This document shows positions 43,894-58,300 of a stretch of DNA of 64,000 nt, piece after piece. A model generated the notes under the pieces. It worked only from the letters and a program-made list of their open reading frames with translations, had not been told where the DNA came from and made no database searches. Each line of letters opens with the position of its first letter. Positions within the stretch are counted from its first letter, which is position 1. The stretch covers positions 33,356,001 to 33,420,000 of the forward strand of contig CM022665.1 in NCBI GenBank assembly GCA_012295275.1, read 5' to 3'. Position numbers and translations under genes: made by a program. Origin of the DNA: Chrysomallon squamiferum. Its lineage: Eukaryota > Animalia > Mollusca.

Positions 43894-45072
43894 ATGATTT
43901 TGATAATTAGGTGACGGGGAAAACATTAACTGTCAGTGTTGTTTTAAATATAGAATGTTTTTTGTTTTGTTTTTTAAATTGGGGAGTGTTTTTGTGTGTG
44001 GGGACTTCGATTCTACCTTTTTTTCACTGGGTGGGCTTTCGCCCTTCTACATTGGGTCAGCTTGTAATTGAATTGTGGATCAAAACTGTTTTGAACATTG
44101 CTCAAAATAAACCTTCACTTTGGGGATTTTAATCATTTAACTCCTTGAAACAAACAAATATGTCTAATTTAATGCTGTCATAGAAACTACTTGCCAAAAT
44201 AACCATAAAAAAACAGGAAGATAGTTGTTGTTTTTTTAAATTATTTTTTAAACAGAAATACTGATAATCATAAATTGAACAGAGATTTTGAGCAAATGTT
44301 AAGGAAAATAAATTGAAAGCTTAAATCTAAAAATTATATGTAGTTGAAATGTCCAAAAATAGTCGAAAAATAATGTTTGCATACACCAGTTACACAATCT
44401 TGTGACAAAGCAATTCTCTGTGAATGTACTTGATGCCAGGTTATCATATATAATTGCAGCTATTGTTAATTGTGCAATATTCATGACAAAGCGTTGTAAT
44501 TTACAAACATTTTTTATATATTCTTACAGTGATGCAGTCAGGATTTATTTTATTCATTCATAATTTAATTTTTAATTGATTATAATCTAAAGGTTATTTA
44601 AGTAGCTGTTTTTACCAGCCTCCAAGTTATAAAGGTATACTCTTTCTAATAATAAATTCAAACATAATTTTGAAATGGTCATTATTAAAACATATATATA
44701 TAGAGAGGATGCAAGTACACAGAGGTTAAGGATGCTAAACTGTGTATAAGTCTTCTGTTTAACACTATTACATAATTATAATAGGAATGTAAACAAATAC
44801 ATGCAATATAGACAGGCTTCTTAACAATTTAAAAATCACTGAACAATGATATATTAGTGCATAAACTTTCAAAAACAATGTTTGTGGACATGAAATATGT
44901 TTTTTTTTAAATTTTAATAACAAATCGAAGGGTCATTCTCCCACAGATGTACAGGACAAATTTTGTTCTTTCGTTATATATGTGTGTGTGTGTGTGATAA
45001 AATTATGAAACATTATTTGTTCATTTGTAGTTGTATTTTTATATATTTTTTAAATTGTTTTCAAACATAGCA

Positions 45073-45107
<35 letters not shown>

Positions 45108-48100
45108 TAATCGGGCAAAATGCTGTGTACCATTTATAATAAGCATTATTGTATTGTTAACACTTCAATAAATAAAATTATATTTCTTTTGTTTGTTTTT
45201 GCACAAGATGTTATTCATATGAATTTGTTGGGAATAAAAACATATCATATATATTTAATGTTTTTATCACCAAAAGCCCCCACCAAATATGTCCTTTGTT
45301 TTTGAATCATTACAATCACTTTGTTTATGGAAGACAATTGGCTGATTTTACAAAGTTTAAGAAAATGCATCACTTGAATAAGAAAACTTAAATGAAGCTG
45401 ATGAAGTGTTTAATTCACATTTGTTGCATATCTGAAGCACAAAAAAAAAGAAAAATATTATGATCACTAAACTGACAGACAGTAATGAAGCCTGTGTAAT
45501 GGTGAGTACTGAACCTCAATTGAAAACAAATAAAGAGGTGAGTGGGAGGAACTGAGAATTTTTTTTTTTTTTTTTTTTTTAAATTCTTAAATGTTCCTTT
45601 TTGGTTTTTGAAAGAAATAATTTAATATTAAAAATAAAAATGGCTAGTTCCTGTTGACATTTTTGGGGAGGGTTTGTTCTTATGTGTGTGTCCATGTACT
45701 TTTGACATTAAATTTTGTCCTCTTAAAATATTTGCAGGTTTCTTCCGTGTGAATGGGCTACAAACTAAATTGTTAATGCTATTTAATAATTGTTTGCACA
45801 GGGTACACGCATATATATATGCTCAAGTGTATGTATATATTTTAAGTTATTTGTTTTCTCCTGCAGCCCTAAATAAAACAAAAATGAAATGAAATTGTTT
45901 CTTCAACTCATTGATTTTGTTGTCATCTAAAATAAACAATTTAAAAAAAAAAAAATGTATTAACTTTTCACATAATATATATATAAATAATTTATCAAAT
46001 CTCAATTTTTGGTCAGTGCCTGAAAATACAGAAATTTATGAAGTTATCTTTACAGTGATAGCAGGGAAAAGTCACTGTCATAAAAACAATGTCAGATCAT
46101 GTTTTGCAATACAAAATACAAGGAAAAGGGGGGAATGGGGTATTTCTTTTACAAAAGATTGTTATGTAACTCCATGAATTTACTGCAGTATGTTTTGGTG
46201 CGAAGGTCTTAATGTTTCAAAATAATAAGAAAATCAGAATGAATAAAATTTACATTTTCATTTACTTAATAGTTTTTAACAACACTTCACTGTCATATAT
46301 TCTGTAAACGGATACTTGGCAGTGTATAATCTACCAAAATGTCAGTGAACTGTAACAATCTGATAATGGCATTTTCAGTGGTGTTGTGCCAAATTAGAAT
46401 CCTCTGAAATTTTTGAAAATAACTCCTTAAAAAAATATAATTTGTATTTAAGAAAAACGAAATTTGGTTTGCTTTAGTGTTAATATAGACCTTAGAACAG
46501 ATTGCCTAATGATGATTAACAGGCAATTTTACTGGGCTTGCATTAAAATGTGTCAACTAAGCCCTTGGCAGATGGCAAATAATAGGACATGGCATGGTAA
46601 ATCAAGATAAATATTTAAATAAAGACAATCAGTGCTCAAGCATTCTGGGGCAATAAACAGGAATGGTAGTATATTGGCAGAACTTACAAAGTAAAATATA
46701 TAAATTATAAAATTCAAATGATCTAAATATATATTGATCCATCATGCTTTAGTTATAAAAAATACATAAGCATATTATATTGCAAATAGAAAACTAACAT
46801 TAAATATTTGTGTTTTTATTATTTTGTTTATTATTAAAAAACAAAAACTGTGTTTTGTCTTTCAAATGCTGTGGCATATTCAGACAAAATCCACTCTCAT
46901 CTGAAAATGCCAGTCTAATATCCATACTTGGTAGTATTTATAAACACATAAACTTATTTAAATGAAACGCCACAATAAACATATCACTTTTAACAGAGCC
47001 ATAATGCAAAACATATTTACTATAAACTGCACAATACTGCCAATTGTTTGCTTCCCCCCCCCCCGTTTTTAATCTTCCTTTTTTTTCCTCTTTTTTTTGT
47101 TAATAATATTTTAAGTGACAATACTGTTTGACATGTTTTATAAAAGCAACTAAACAATTTATTAGGCCTTAAAAATTAAAAAATTAAATTAGAACTGCAC
47201 TGCCCTACAAATTACAATTCAGAGCTGAAAAAAACAATGTCCCAGAAAACACTTATAGCAAACTTGAATAAAATGTGAAGATCTGCCACAAAAACATTGT
47301 TTAAACCCATGGGATCTAAATCTCTCCAATACCTAAAATAAAGTAGCTAACAGCATTATTTTCTCCTGAAATGTGAATCATTTCTACTAATCCCCTAAAA
47401 AAAAAAAAAATAATAATAACAATAATTACCCCCCCACACCTATTTAGGGGTTTTCCTAAGCAATAAAAATTTATGGTTATTTTATTATACTCATATTAAT
47501 AAAGTCAAAAAATGTTAATGTTGATTTGCATGTTTCCAGTAGGAAAACTACTCCCAAAATTGCAACTTCTTAGTTAACAAGATCATGGTTTGTTGTTGTT
47601 TTTATTGAGATGACCTATGCACTAATGAAGGTATTGTCTGGGTAGAAAGACAGCAATACCAAACAGGAAAGAATGTCAACTGTATGCCCAACACTGTTGA
47701 TGTAGTGAATGGGATTTTATTTCCAATGACGAGCAAAATACCATTAAGCACAGAACACAATTTGTGCCAATGGAAAATGGATTACACAAAAACAGACCTG
47801 TCTGACCCTCATGCAGTCTTTGCACCCCTGCATTATGATACAGATATTCATAAGGAGTATTGTGAAGTTAGCTTTATCTTTCTGTAAAAAAAACCCCAAA
47901 CAACAAAATAAAAATCCAACAAAATAAAAACACAACAAAATAATAATAATAACAGACTCATTTGACACCCCTATGAGCAACCATTTAATAAAACATAACC
48001 AATATATCAATACTTATTTTGAAAGTTTTAGACTGTTTCTAAGTAGCTGAGAGAAAAAAAAAAAATTATATGGGAAATAGGAATTCAATCAAAAAATAGA

Positions 48101-48137
48101 AAAGTGTTGGCAGCTTGAGTCTTTCAACAAATGGATG

Positions 48138-51100
48138 TTATCTTATCAGTTTGGCTCTTTTCTCTGGTGGTTTCATTGATGTGTTACTTTTATCTTCAAC
48201 TTTTTCGGATTTAACTTCTGACTTCATTTCTATTTTAGCAGTCTCTTCTGTAAAATAATGGAAGAATCAAAACAGTATTTTCCAAGATTTTGTAGAGGAA
48301 AAAAAAAAAAAAGGATTAATATTTAGCAACATTACATTTGTGTAGACTCATTACTGTACATATACATATATAACCATGATAAACAGATAAATACACCACT
48401 GACTGTATGTTTTCAATAAGCAGCAAAGGATATTCCCATAGACAGTTAGTATATAACATGGACTTTGAATCACTATTTCTGAAATTCTTGTTTAGTTAAA
48501 TTGGTCAACATTTATACTTAATCTACTTAAATAAATATAATCAGAAAAATCATTTAAATTACAATGCAATAAAAGCTGACACTTTAATTAAAAAGCCCAT
48601 CTAACTAACCTTTGTGATCTGGTTGAGAATGTGTGATAAATTGAAGTGGATATTTCTTGCCTAGTTCAGCAAGTAACATGTCAACTCTCTGTCGTTGGAA
48701 GATAGATGACGGTTCCTCTTTCTTTTTCTTTTCTTTTTTTTCTGCTTTGTCTAACAAATTGCCTAACACATTAGTGTTTGTCATTACAACAATGTTTAAA
48801 TATGAGTTTTTATTGCTATATAAAACAAATATTTTAATTAGAAAAACTTTGATTAGGAATCTCCAATACTCCAACTATGAAAAATAATACTTAATTTTAA
48901 TTTCTAATTAACTATCAAATATATTATTAGGGATTAATACTTTCTAAAAAATTTGAAATGTCCAAATATTAAAATGTTGATTTCAAAATAATACTCTGTA
49001 ATATAAAATATAAAGAATAAAATACCTTTTGTTTTCAGTATTTTCACCATTGAATAAAATATTTACAGTTTTGTAACCACTGATTTAAACAACATTTGCA
49101 CACAAACTAAAATTGCCTTTATGATTTTATAGTCATAAAACAGATAACTAAGAAAATAACAATTATGAAAAAAAAAAAAAAAGTTTTGTAGTAACATCTT
49201 TTTTACTCTGAATGACCCAATTTCACTTTAATTCTTACCATTAATTTCTCCAACCTTTTTTAAAAAAAACAACTGTTTTATGTTTTGATCAACATAATAC
49301 AAATTAACAAGCTGATATTATAGATCCTAGCATGTAACAGTACAAAACTCTAAAACAAAAATGACCAGTAACTGTTTAATACAATAAAATGTATCAAACT
49401 AATTTCTTGAAAACTTAATTTAGTTTCATACACAAATGTATCCCACAAACACCGTTTTGATTATTTTTTACTGTATTAAATAATAAATATATTAAATTTG
49501 AAAGAATGCAACAGAAAAAAAAATAAGATACACACACACACATCAAAGATTTTGAAAATAACAGACATATTATTTTATAAATCTATTCCATTGCTGTTAA
49601 AAAATATATTAATTCATTTAATACTGACCCTTGTCTTCATGGTTCTTAAAATCCCACCAGTAACCTTTAGATGGATGGTATCGAGAATAGGAATGTGCTT
49701 TAAAAATATTAAAGTACTTTAGTATTAAACTGTTTTAAAATGAATAGAAAAATAGAAAAAATAGATACTTAGTGAACACACACACACACACACACACACT
49801 GCATAGATAACGTAATTATTATAATAATTTACTTTTCAGTTTTTGCCTGTTTATTGATTAAGAATGGAAATGTAAGTACAACAGTTACTTTAATGTGTAT
49901 TTCTGTGAAACCTAATTCAGTATTGGGTTGAATCACAAACACAATGAAAGAAATTAAAGGTAACTCACCTTCATCAAAGGCTGACTGCAAATCGTGTACA
50001 GTATTTAACTGCAAGTAGAATGCAAAAAAAACCAATCAAACAAAGAATCAGAGAAAACAAAGTAGATTGGATTAACACAATGAGACTGGATAAATAACAA
50101 CATGTACCAAATAGTAATTATTACTGTTTAAGTGTTTGTTTTTTCTTGTTCATTTAATAATACTCAATTAAATAAAGTTTTGAAAACAAATCAGCATTCT
50201 CAAGTCAAATACTGTATCTTTCATTATTAAATTTTAATTTGACACTGCCATTTTACTCCTTCACAACTAGTGTTGTACATAAATGATAGGTATCTTTATT
50301 TTTTTGACAGAATCATGATAATTTTTAACAACACTTCTATTGTTAAATTATTTTAATTAAGTAATACTGAATAGCAACACTGAACATATCCTTCAACAAT
50401 TATAAGGATATGGCAAGAAAGTCAGTGGTGTGAAAAGAGAAACAAAAACATTGTCATGCAAGCAAAAATTGCCATTATAATTATAATATATGAACCCACA
50501 GTAATAACTATGCATTTAATTTTTTTTTGAAATTTAATATGAGGATTTCAAATATTAGTATGTATTGGGGAAAAAAAAAAAAAAATTCAAGCTCATAAAC
50601 AAGAAAACTGCATAAAGAATAAAAATAAAAGTAAGTAAATTAAAAATACAGTTCCAACACTGGTATCTGACATCAATAACAATGGTATTGTTTCTTTCTT
50701 GGGGGGGGGGGCTTTAAATGCCAGTGTAACATCCCTGCCTATAAAGTACAAGCTATAGATAAATAAAAGGAATGAGACAGATTAAATTTTATTTTTGTAT
50801 GTGTATTTTAACAGATCACCACTATTACAGAGTTTATAGTGAGAAAATGAGTTTATAAAATGTAATATATGATACAATATTCAGAAAATGGGCTTATGAC
50901 ATACTTTGTTAGCAAGATTAAGAATTAAAAATTGAAAAATATGTGGTACAAAAGTTACAAAGATCAGCACATGATTCTCATAATAGTTACTGTGATACTC
51001 ACCAGTCTGGAGGTTATAACAGAACACAGATCAGGCGCCTGGTACACAACACCTGCTATAATGTAGTAATCAGCTGTTGGTGTGACTGTTTCCATTTGAA

Positions 51101-52273
51101 ATTTTAAAATAAGTAAATAAATAAATAAAACTATAAAAAATACCATACAGAAAAGAAAAATTAAGAATAATTCATTTTCTATGACAGGCACAACATCTTT
51201 AAAGTTTCATGAACTGTTATACATGACAGCAGTAAATAACATTTATGTTTATATACAAATAGCTTTCATAGGGAAACAAATTCCTTTTTTACATGATATG
51301 GCTTATAGATATTATAAGCTTCAATAATTTAACACATCTTGCATCTCAAATAAATGTTTATTCAAAAACAGAGAATATAGGTACCGGACCAATTATATGG
51401 ACTCCTTGGGGCCTGAGGTAATCCGGATTTTCCGGTTTTCTGATACCAAGGCATCTTAATACGTAAATAATTAGGCATAAACATTTTAAATTAAAAACAT
51501 AAAGAAAATTGACGATACACAACTGTGGCAACTTGACACATAAACAACGTGATGAGTCAATGAACGCCACATGGCTTGAAAGAGTAGTTCTGGTCTGGTG
51601 AAGACAACACCCACGTGTGTGAAGGATAAACCTTCCAATTTTCTGGTCTTTCCATATTTCAGGACATCGGATAATTGTTCCGGTACCTGTATTACTCTTA
51701 TAGATAATAGATATAAGCAATTTTTTTATGATGTAGGATGACAATTACATGGGAAAAAAAGAAAATTTATAATTCTATTTTTTACAAATGAAGTTAAAGA
51801 GCAACAATCATGAAAAACATATTTTGATTATTGTTTGTTATATACAAAGCCTACAAAATTTTGTTTAGTTCCAGTGGATGGGTTTTATTATATTTGCTAT
51901 AACTGATCACACTTCTAGCCCTGCCTGAAAAATGTATCATCAAGCTAACAATTATTATTTTATCATTTTATGAGCTATGATGTGATACAAGGTCAATGCA
52001 CAGATTAATGGTCAGATTTACAAGTAACATAACTTCATACAGACTGAAACAGCATCTGTTAAGAACAGTTTTCAGAAGAACTACTTACATTAGCTGAAAA
52101 CTGTAACATTTTTATTATTTTTACATAGTCATTCTTAGTTATTTTCATTCTGGTTTTAGTATTGTTTCTGAGTATACATCTTCCCATAAGTCAAGGTTAA
52201 TTCCCCAGGAAATATTTTATGTTTTAACTAAAACAATCCTCCAAGATAAGCATAACAATCAATATACACTATG

Positions 52274-52315
<42 letters not shown>

Positions 52316-55300
52316 TATAGATTAAATTTTTGATCATTTATTTACTGTTAAGATTATAATCTAGTGAAGTCACTGAATAAAGAAATAGTAAAATATTGAT
52401 TTAATAGTCAGTTGTTAAGTGGTCCTTTATTTCTGTACATATCAAATGTACTTGGAATAATCCACTTTCCATGCAGTAAAATCAGTCAGGGCAAGAAATA
52501 CCATTTTTGTCCTCTGACCAACCACGCACAATCCTTAAAATTGATCACTGCAAACATATATCGTTATTAATAAAGTATGCTTGATTATTGCTCTTTAAGG
52601 GAAAAGGAAACACAAAATGAAAAAAAATTACAATAGTAATAGTTTACCATGAGTTGGAGAATGTCTGTACTGTTTTCTGATTACATATAAAATAGGTTCC
52701 TGAACGTGTAAAAGTATGTACTCATTACCAACCATGTTACTGAAAAAAATAAGAAATAAAAAAACCTGAATGATCATGTTTAATGGCCTTTCAAAACATT
52801 TTATTATTAATGATTTATTAAATCCAGCTGTTAAAAGGCACATCAAAGTGCACAAAGAACAAAATTATACACTTTGATGGTTTTGATTAACTTTTTAATT
52901 TTTTTAATTAACATAATTTATGAATGATTACTTGCTTATTTAGAAAACCAATGAATTTCATTTAACTGTTCAAATAACAACAATAAAATTACAGAAGTAA
53001 ATAACTTTAACAGCCCTGACCTTTCCTTAGTAATGCCAACTAATAACATATGGCTAGCAAGCACAGAGATAATTTATTTGCTTTCTATCATAATAATCTT
53101 TTTCAAATTAAGAATTTATATTTTAACTCACTGATAGCTGATAAAAGGAAAAAGGAGAGTGTTTGTTTAGTAAGAAGAAAACAAAAAAACTATAAATGTA
53201 GAGCTAAAACTTGAAAAAAATATTAAAATATGAATGTAGTGAAATCAGTCATGTTTTTGGGATGAATGGGGTGCAAAATAATTATTTTGAGAAAAACTGA
53301 TGATTACAAGAACCAATATGAAAAATTATTTTCGATTTCTGTGCAAATTTATTAAAAATCTAAGTGCTAAAATGATCACAGCAGAGTAACTACTGCTAAT
53401 ATAGACTGAATAGTGTTGTCATAACCATATTCAGCTCAGTACCAAGAGTAACAACACTTAAAATGAAACAAAGAAGTAGTAGGTGAAAAACATTTTACAG
53501 ATAGCTCTATAAATTCTTAATTGCTACTATGAGATGTATAGAGTTTTTGGTTCAGTATTTTGTTGGCATTTAAAATGTACACAATAAACTTCTAATTTCT
53601 AATTTTGTTTTGCTTCCTTTTTATATTATATCAATAATTAAACAGCAGTAAAAAATATTAACACATTAGAAAGGATTTTGTTTGCTGTATGAAATCTATC
53701 ATGGCTCTGTTACAATAAATGATTTTCTTGAAATCTGTTTGTTTTTTGTTTATTTGGGTCATTCCGTGTCAAATCACCCCCAAAAAACAAAATTTAAACC
53801 CGACCGTCTCAGATTTTTATGAAAATTGGTATACTTGTTGACTGAAATCCCACAGCACCAAATCTGAAATTTTATGCCAATCAGACAAGTGGTGTGGGAG
53901 ATATGGCCCACCGAATTTTGGGATTTTGGGCAAAAATGGGCGTGACCACCAACCTTTGAACCCTCATATCTCAGGAACCACTGGGCCAATCTTCATAAAA
54001 TGGGTATTGTTGAAAAGGCAGTATGACAAGGATTCCAAATTTGAAACTATGAATTACCTTGTGAAAAAAAGCCGTCCAGTGAAGAAAGAGAAAGGGGTCT
54101 GTCAAATGAACTGAAGGAGGAAATAGTCCAATTTTATGAAAGTGACAAGAACAGTAGAATGTGTCTGGGAATGAAGAATACAGTGAGCATTCAATACAAA
54201 GATGGTGAGAAGGTTAAGCATCAGAAACAGCTAGTTCTCTCAAATTTATGTGAACTTTATGCATACATGTAGGCCTACAATGTCTTACTTGGTGATAAAA
54301 AGAGATGGTGATTCCTAGCATCCAGAATTGATCATTCAGGTTTTAGTTGTTAATGGCAGAAAAGGTGTTATTTTCATGGACGTGCATTTTTTAAATCCAT
54401 ATTATGGCTAAACAAAAAATATTACACCCAGGAAACTTTTATATGTTTTAGTTAACATGTGGGAGATTAAATTTCAATAAAGGTCATCTCAAGGTCACGT
54501 GATCCACACGGTCAATTTCAAGGTCATAGCAAAGGTCAAAAGGTAAATGTATCCCAAAAATGGCAGATTTGGAATCCTTGTCATACTGCCTTTTCAACAA
54601 TACCAATTTTATGAAGATTGGCCCTGTAGTTCCTGAGATATGAGGGTTCAAAGGTTGGTGTCATGCCCATTTTTGCCAAAAATCTCAAAATTTGATGGGC
54701 CTTATCTCCCACACCACTGGTCCGATTGGGCTAAAATTTCAGATTTGGTGCTGCGGGATCCCAGTCAACAAGTGTATCAAGTTTCATAAAAATCTGAGAC
54801 GGTCGGGTGTAACCCATTAGATGATTTGACGTGGAATGACCCATTTACAGCAGCAGCAGCAAATTGAAGCCATTTTGTAATAAACAAATGATAAAATTCT
54901 AACTGAAACTCACTTGAGCTGGTCCATGCTAAGTCTTTGCATTTTTATCTGTTCGTTGTTACATTTGTTGTCATAAAATGGATTAGACCGTTCAGAAAAA
55001 TAGTCCAAAACATTGTTCTGGTTGATAAGTATCCAAGCACTGTCATGCCATGAGATACTTAACTGATCTAGTTCAAAGAAGATAAAAGAAATATTTTAAC
55101 AACCAGTAATAAATATGTTTTTATAAAGAAAACACGTAATTTAATATTTAAATGCATGTTATTTCTCTAATCACAGTGGTGCCTTGTACTTTGTTCCAAT
55201 AAAACAATTAAATACCACACATTTTAATAAAACAAAACAGAAAAACATGGAAACAATAAATTAAATGCATAAATACTGTTTAATAAAACGGAAACTGTAT

Positions 55301-58300
55301 TTACTTCCACTCTTCCCAGATGCCACATTTAACAGATAGGATGTGTGTGTGTGTGTGTAATATATATATATATATATAAACCAAAAACACCAAAATTAAA
55401 GAAAAAAACACAAAAACATGAGGGTAATGCAAAAGATACTATGTTTACAGTGTCATGCAACTAAATGTTCACTTTGATAAAAAAGCATAAAAGATCATGT
55501 TTACTACAATAGCATTTCATACATTGTAACCCTTGGTTAAATGTTGCTTCAAAGGATACCATTGTTAATACAGAATTATGGCATCTAGGAACATTTCATC
55601 AACCAAATTATAAAACTGATATTCAACAAGCTACTACCCAATAACTATCTACCATAAATATAAGAACAAAATAACAACAGCTGCTAGATTAGAACCATAA
55701 ATCGAAATTTAGATATAAATATTGTTCAGATATTCTGACAATAAATAACTATATTTAAAACATTTAATTTCTTATTTTCACTCTTATTTCCATTGTTGGC
55801 TGATACAGTAGGAATATCCTTCCTTGAAAAAAGTTCTGGCCTGAACATCTGTGGTCACATTGTCCTATATTCATTAAATTCATACTTTTTCTATTACAGT
55901 TAAGATTAAATTCAGCAACAGTAAAAATTTGGCTTTCTGTTTCTCACGTCCATTCAAAAACTCAGGATGCTACCAAAGAAGCAAAAGGCCTCAACCCAAG
56001 TGGACACATCCTTCAGATGTATCTGGCAAATGAATTCAACATAACAAAGAATGTGGACATTCAAAATACATTATCTGGCCTGCAAAAGTCTTCCAGTCTG
56101 CTACTGGCCATGGTTCAGAAACTGTTAGGTCCATCTAGTTATTCTGGATCAAGAAGAGAAATTATCAGGACACTTGGACAAAATTAATAAACAATATCTT
56201 TAATACTTTGCTGTACTGCCAACCAAGACACAGCTGCAATGAACTAAAAATTATATTTCACATCTGTTGACTTCATCATTGTTCCTTCCTAAATTTGCTT
56301 AGAAATGGGAAATCATGTAGGGGACTTTGTTCCAATATTTTACACAATTTTGATGCTGCTGAGACAAGAATGGAAATTCAAATCCTTGGGCTAGTAGGAA
56401 AACTGTTGACATGTTTTAAACTTCAGCTAACACTGAAATTAAATGTGCTGAAGGGACTGTTACTGTTAGGCAAGTAATTACCAACATCAAGGAAACATAT
56501 AATTACCAACATGTCAGGATATGACCCTAGGTGCATTCTGCCAACACCCTTTTAAATTATATCATTATCACATATAGGAAATTAGCACTAATTTTTTTAA
56601 AATTAAAACACAGTGTATTCCTTAGAATTCAAAATAATTCACATTATCCTGTTGATAACAGCTCTAAGATTGTTAAAATCAGTAGTAATTTTCAGTTTTT
56701 TAGCTATAGCAGAGAATATACAAAATACAATAAATAACACATTTTATCATCTAAAACTATTCAACATACATGAACAATCAGTTAACAACAACTAGACCTT
56801 TGGGTTCCTTAGAATTCAAAAGATATGCACGCAAATTGTTGTATTTTATATTTTAAAAAAACCCAATAATAATAAATAAATAATCACCATAAATCTGGAA
56901 AAAAAATTAAAATCTTACACATTTGAAACAAAAACAAAAAATAATGAAAACTTATATATGATATTCTCATATTTCATCACTGTAGAACATTTGTGTAACT
57001 ATCATTCATTTTATTACCCTGTCATAAATTGTTCATACAGGTTTAGTCAACTGAAAATCAATTCATTAAATCAAAAGCCTGTAACACACTAAATGTGGCA
57101 GTATATATTTGATACAATTAGATATGTCCAAATCTGCTAGGGGCACTGCTTTGTTTTCAGTGTCTGCCATTTTGTTCAGCATACTAAACCAGGTCACATA
57201 TTAAAATAGATCTACAGCTATGCAGCTGCGCAAATGCTACAGCCTGCTCTAGTTTTGAATAAAAACAAAGAAAACAAAGGAGAAAAGGACTTTTTTTTAA
57301 AGAAAACACTTTTAAAAAAACACTTTTTAAGCTTTTTTTGTTCTTCAAACATCCATTAACAGAATGTAGACCCCATCAAAGTAACTTCTGATGAGAAAAA
57401 CAGAGTATTTCATATATATATATATATATATATATTATTATATAAAAATGGTAAATGAAGCCCTACGTGCCATGCAAAGGTACTGCACTACCTGCAAATC
57501 ACAGTGTAAATTTATTTAAATCTAGGCCATTCCTGGCTGTTCTTTCAACTGTTTTCTCCCTTGTTGTTTTCAGATGAGTTATAACGAATATCGGAGGGGG
57601 TAATTTTCCCACTGCACTCTCTTGTTTTATTTAATATAGCAGTTTTTCTAATATATTAAAACAAAAATTTAACACTGCATTTTTTAAATTTCAATTGTAT
57701 AATCATAATGGCTGATGAAATCCTTAGGTTCTGCGCTCTGAGTCCAGATCAGTTCACAAAAGAAATTTGTCTGGAGCTTTTTTCTCTCTTATAAAAGCAA
57801 ATGGAAAAGATATTTCATGGGCCATTCTAACAGCTTTGATAACTCAATATTTCCGTGTAATGAAATAAAACCATATACATTGCAGACATAGAAGTTTTAA
57901 AAAAGAGTGGGAGAGGCTGCTGAAAAATTGTTTTGCAAGTCATCCAATTGGACATAAAATACTTGAAATGTGGTTAAATACACTGTACCAAATTTCAAAG
58001 CCAAAGATTGCATCCTGGCATCAAAATTGACTTGTTGTTGAGCAGATGCATAGCTCCTCTCCAAGTTCATGTTCTGTAGCAGTGGCAGAGTCTCTAGCTA
58101 TCTTGGGAAAGGAACTTAATGAACTGATGTGGAACAAAGAGAATCCATATTAATGAAGGAATTTGAATCTGCTAAAAAGAAGGGGAAGAACTTGACAAGA
58201 TTAAACATAATATGAAGGCAATTTCCAAGAGATTGGACATACCCTCATGGTTTATAGTTAGGAAATTCAGCAGGAAGGTACACAGTTTAAAATTATGGAA

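Noticed and set aside
44930-45305. Third GGGTCATTC-type (Sola2) element
   Set aside because: Only a short terminal match; no convincing partner TIR or TSD.
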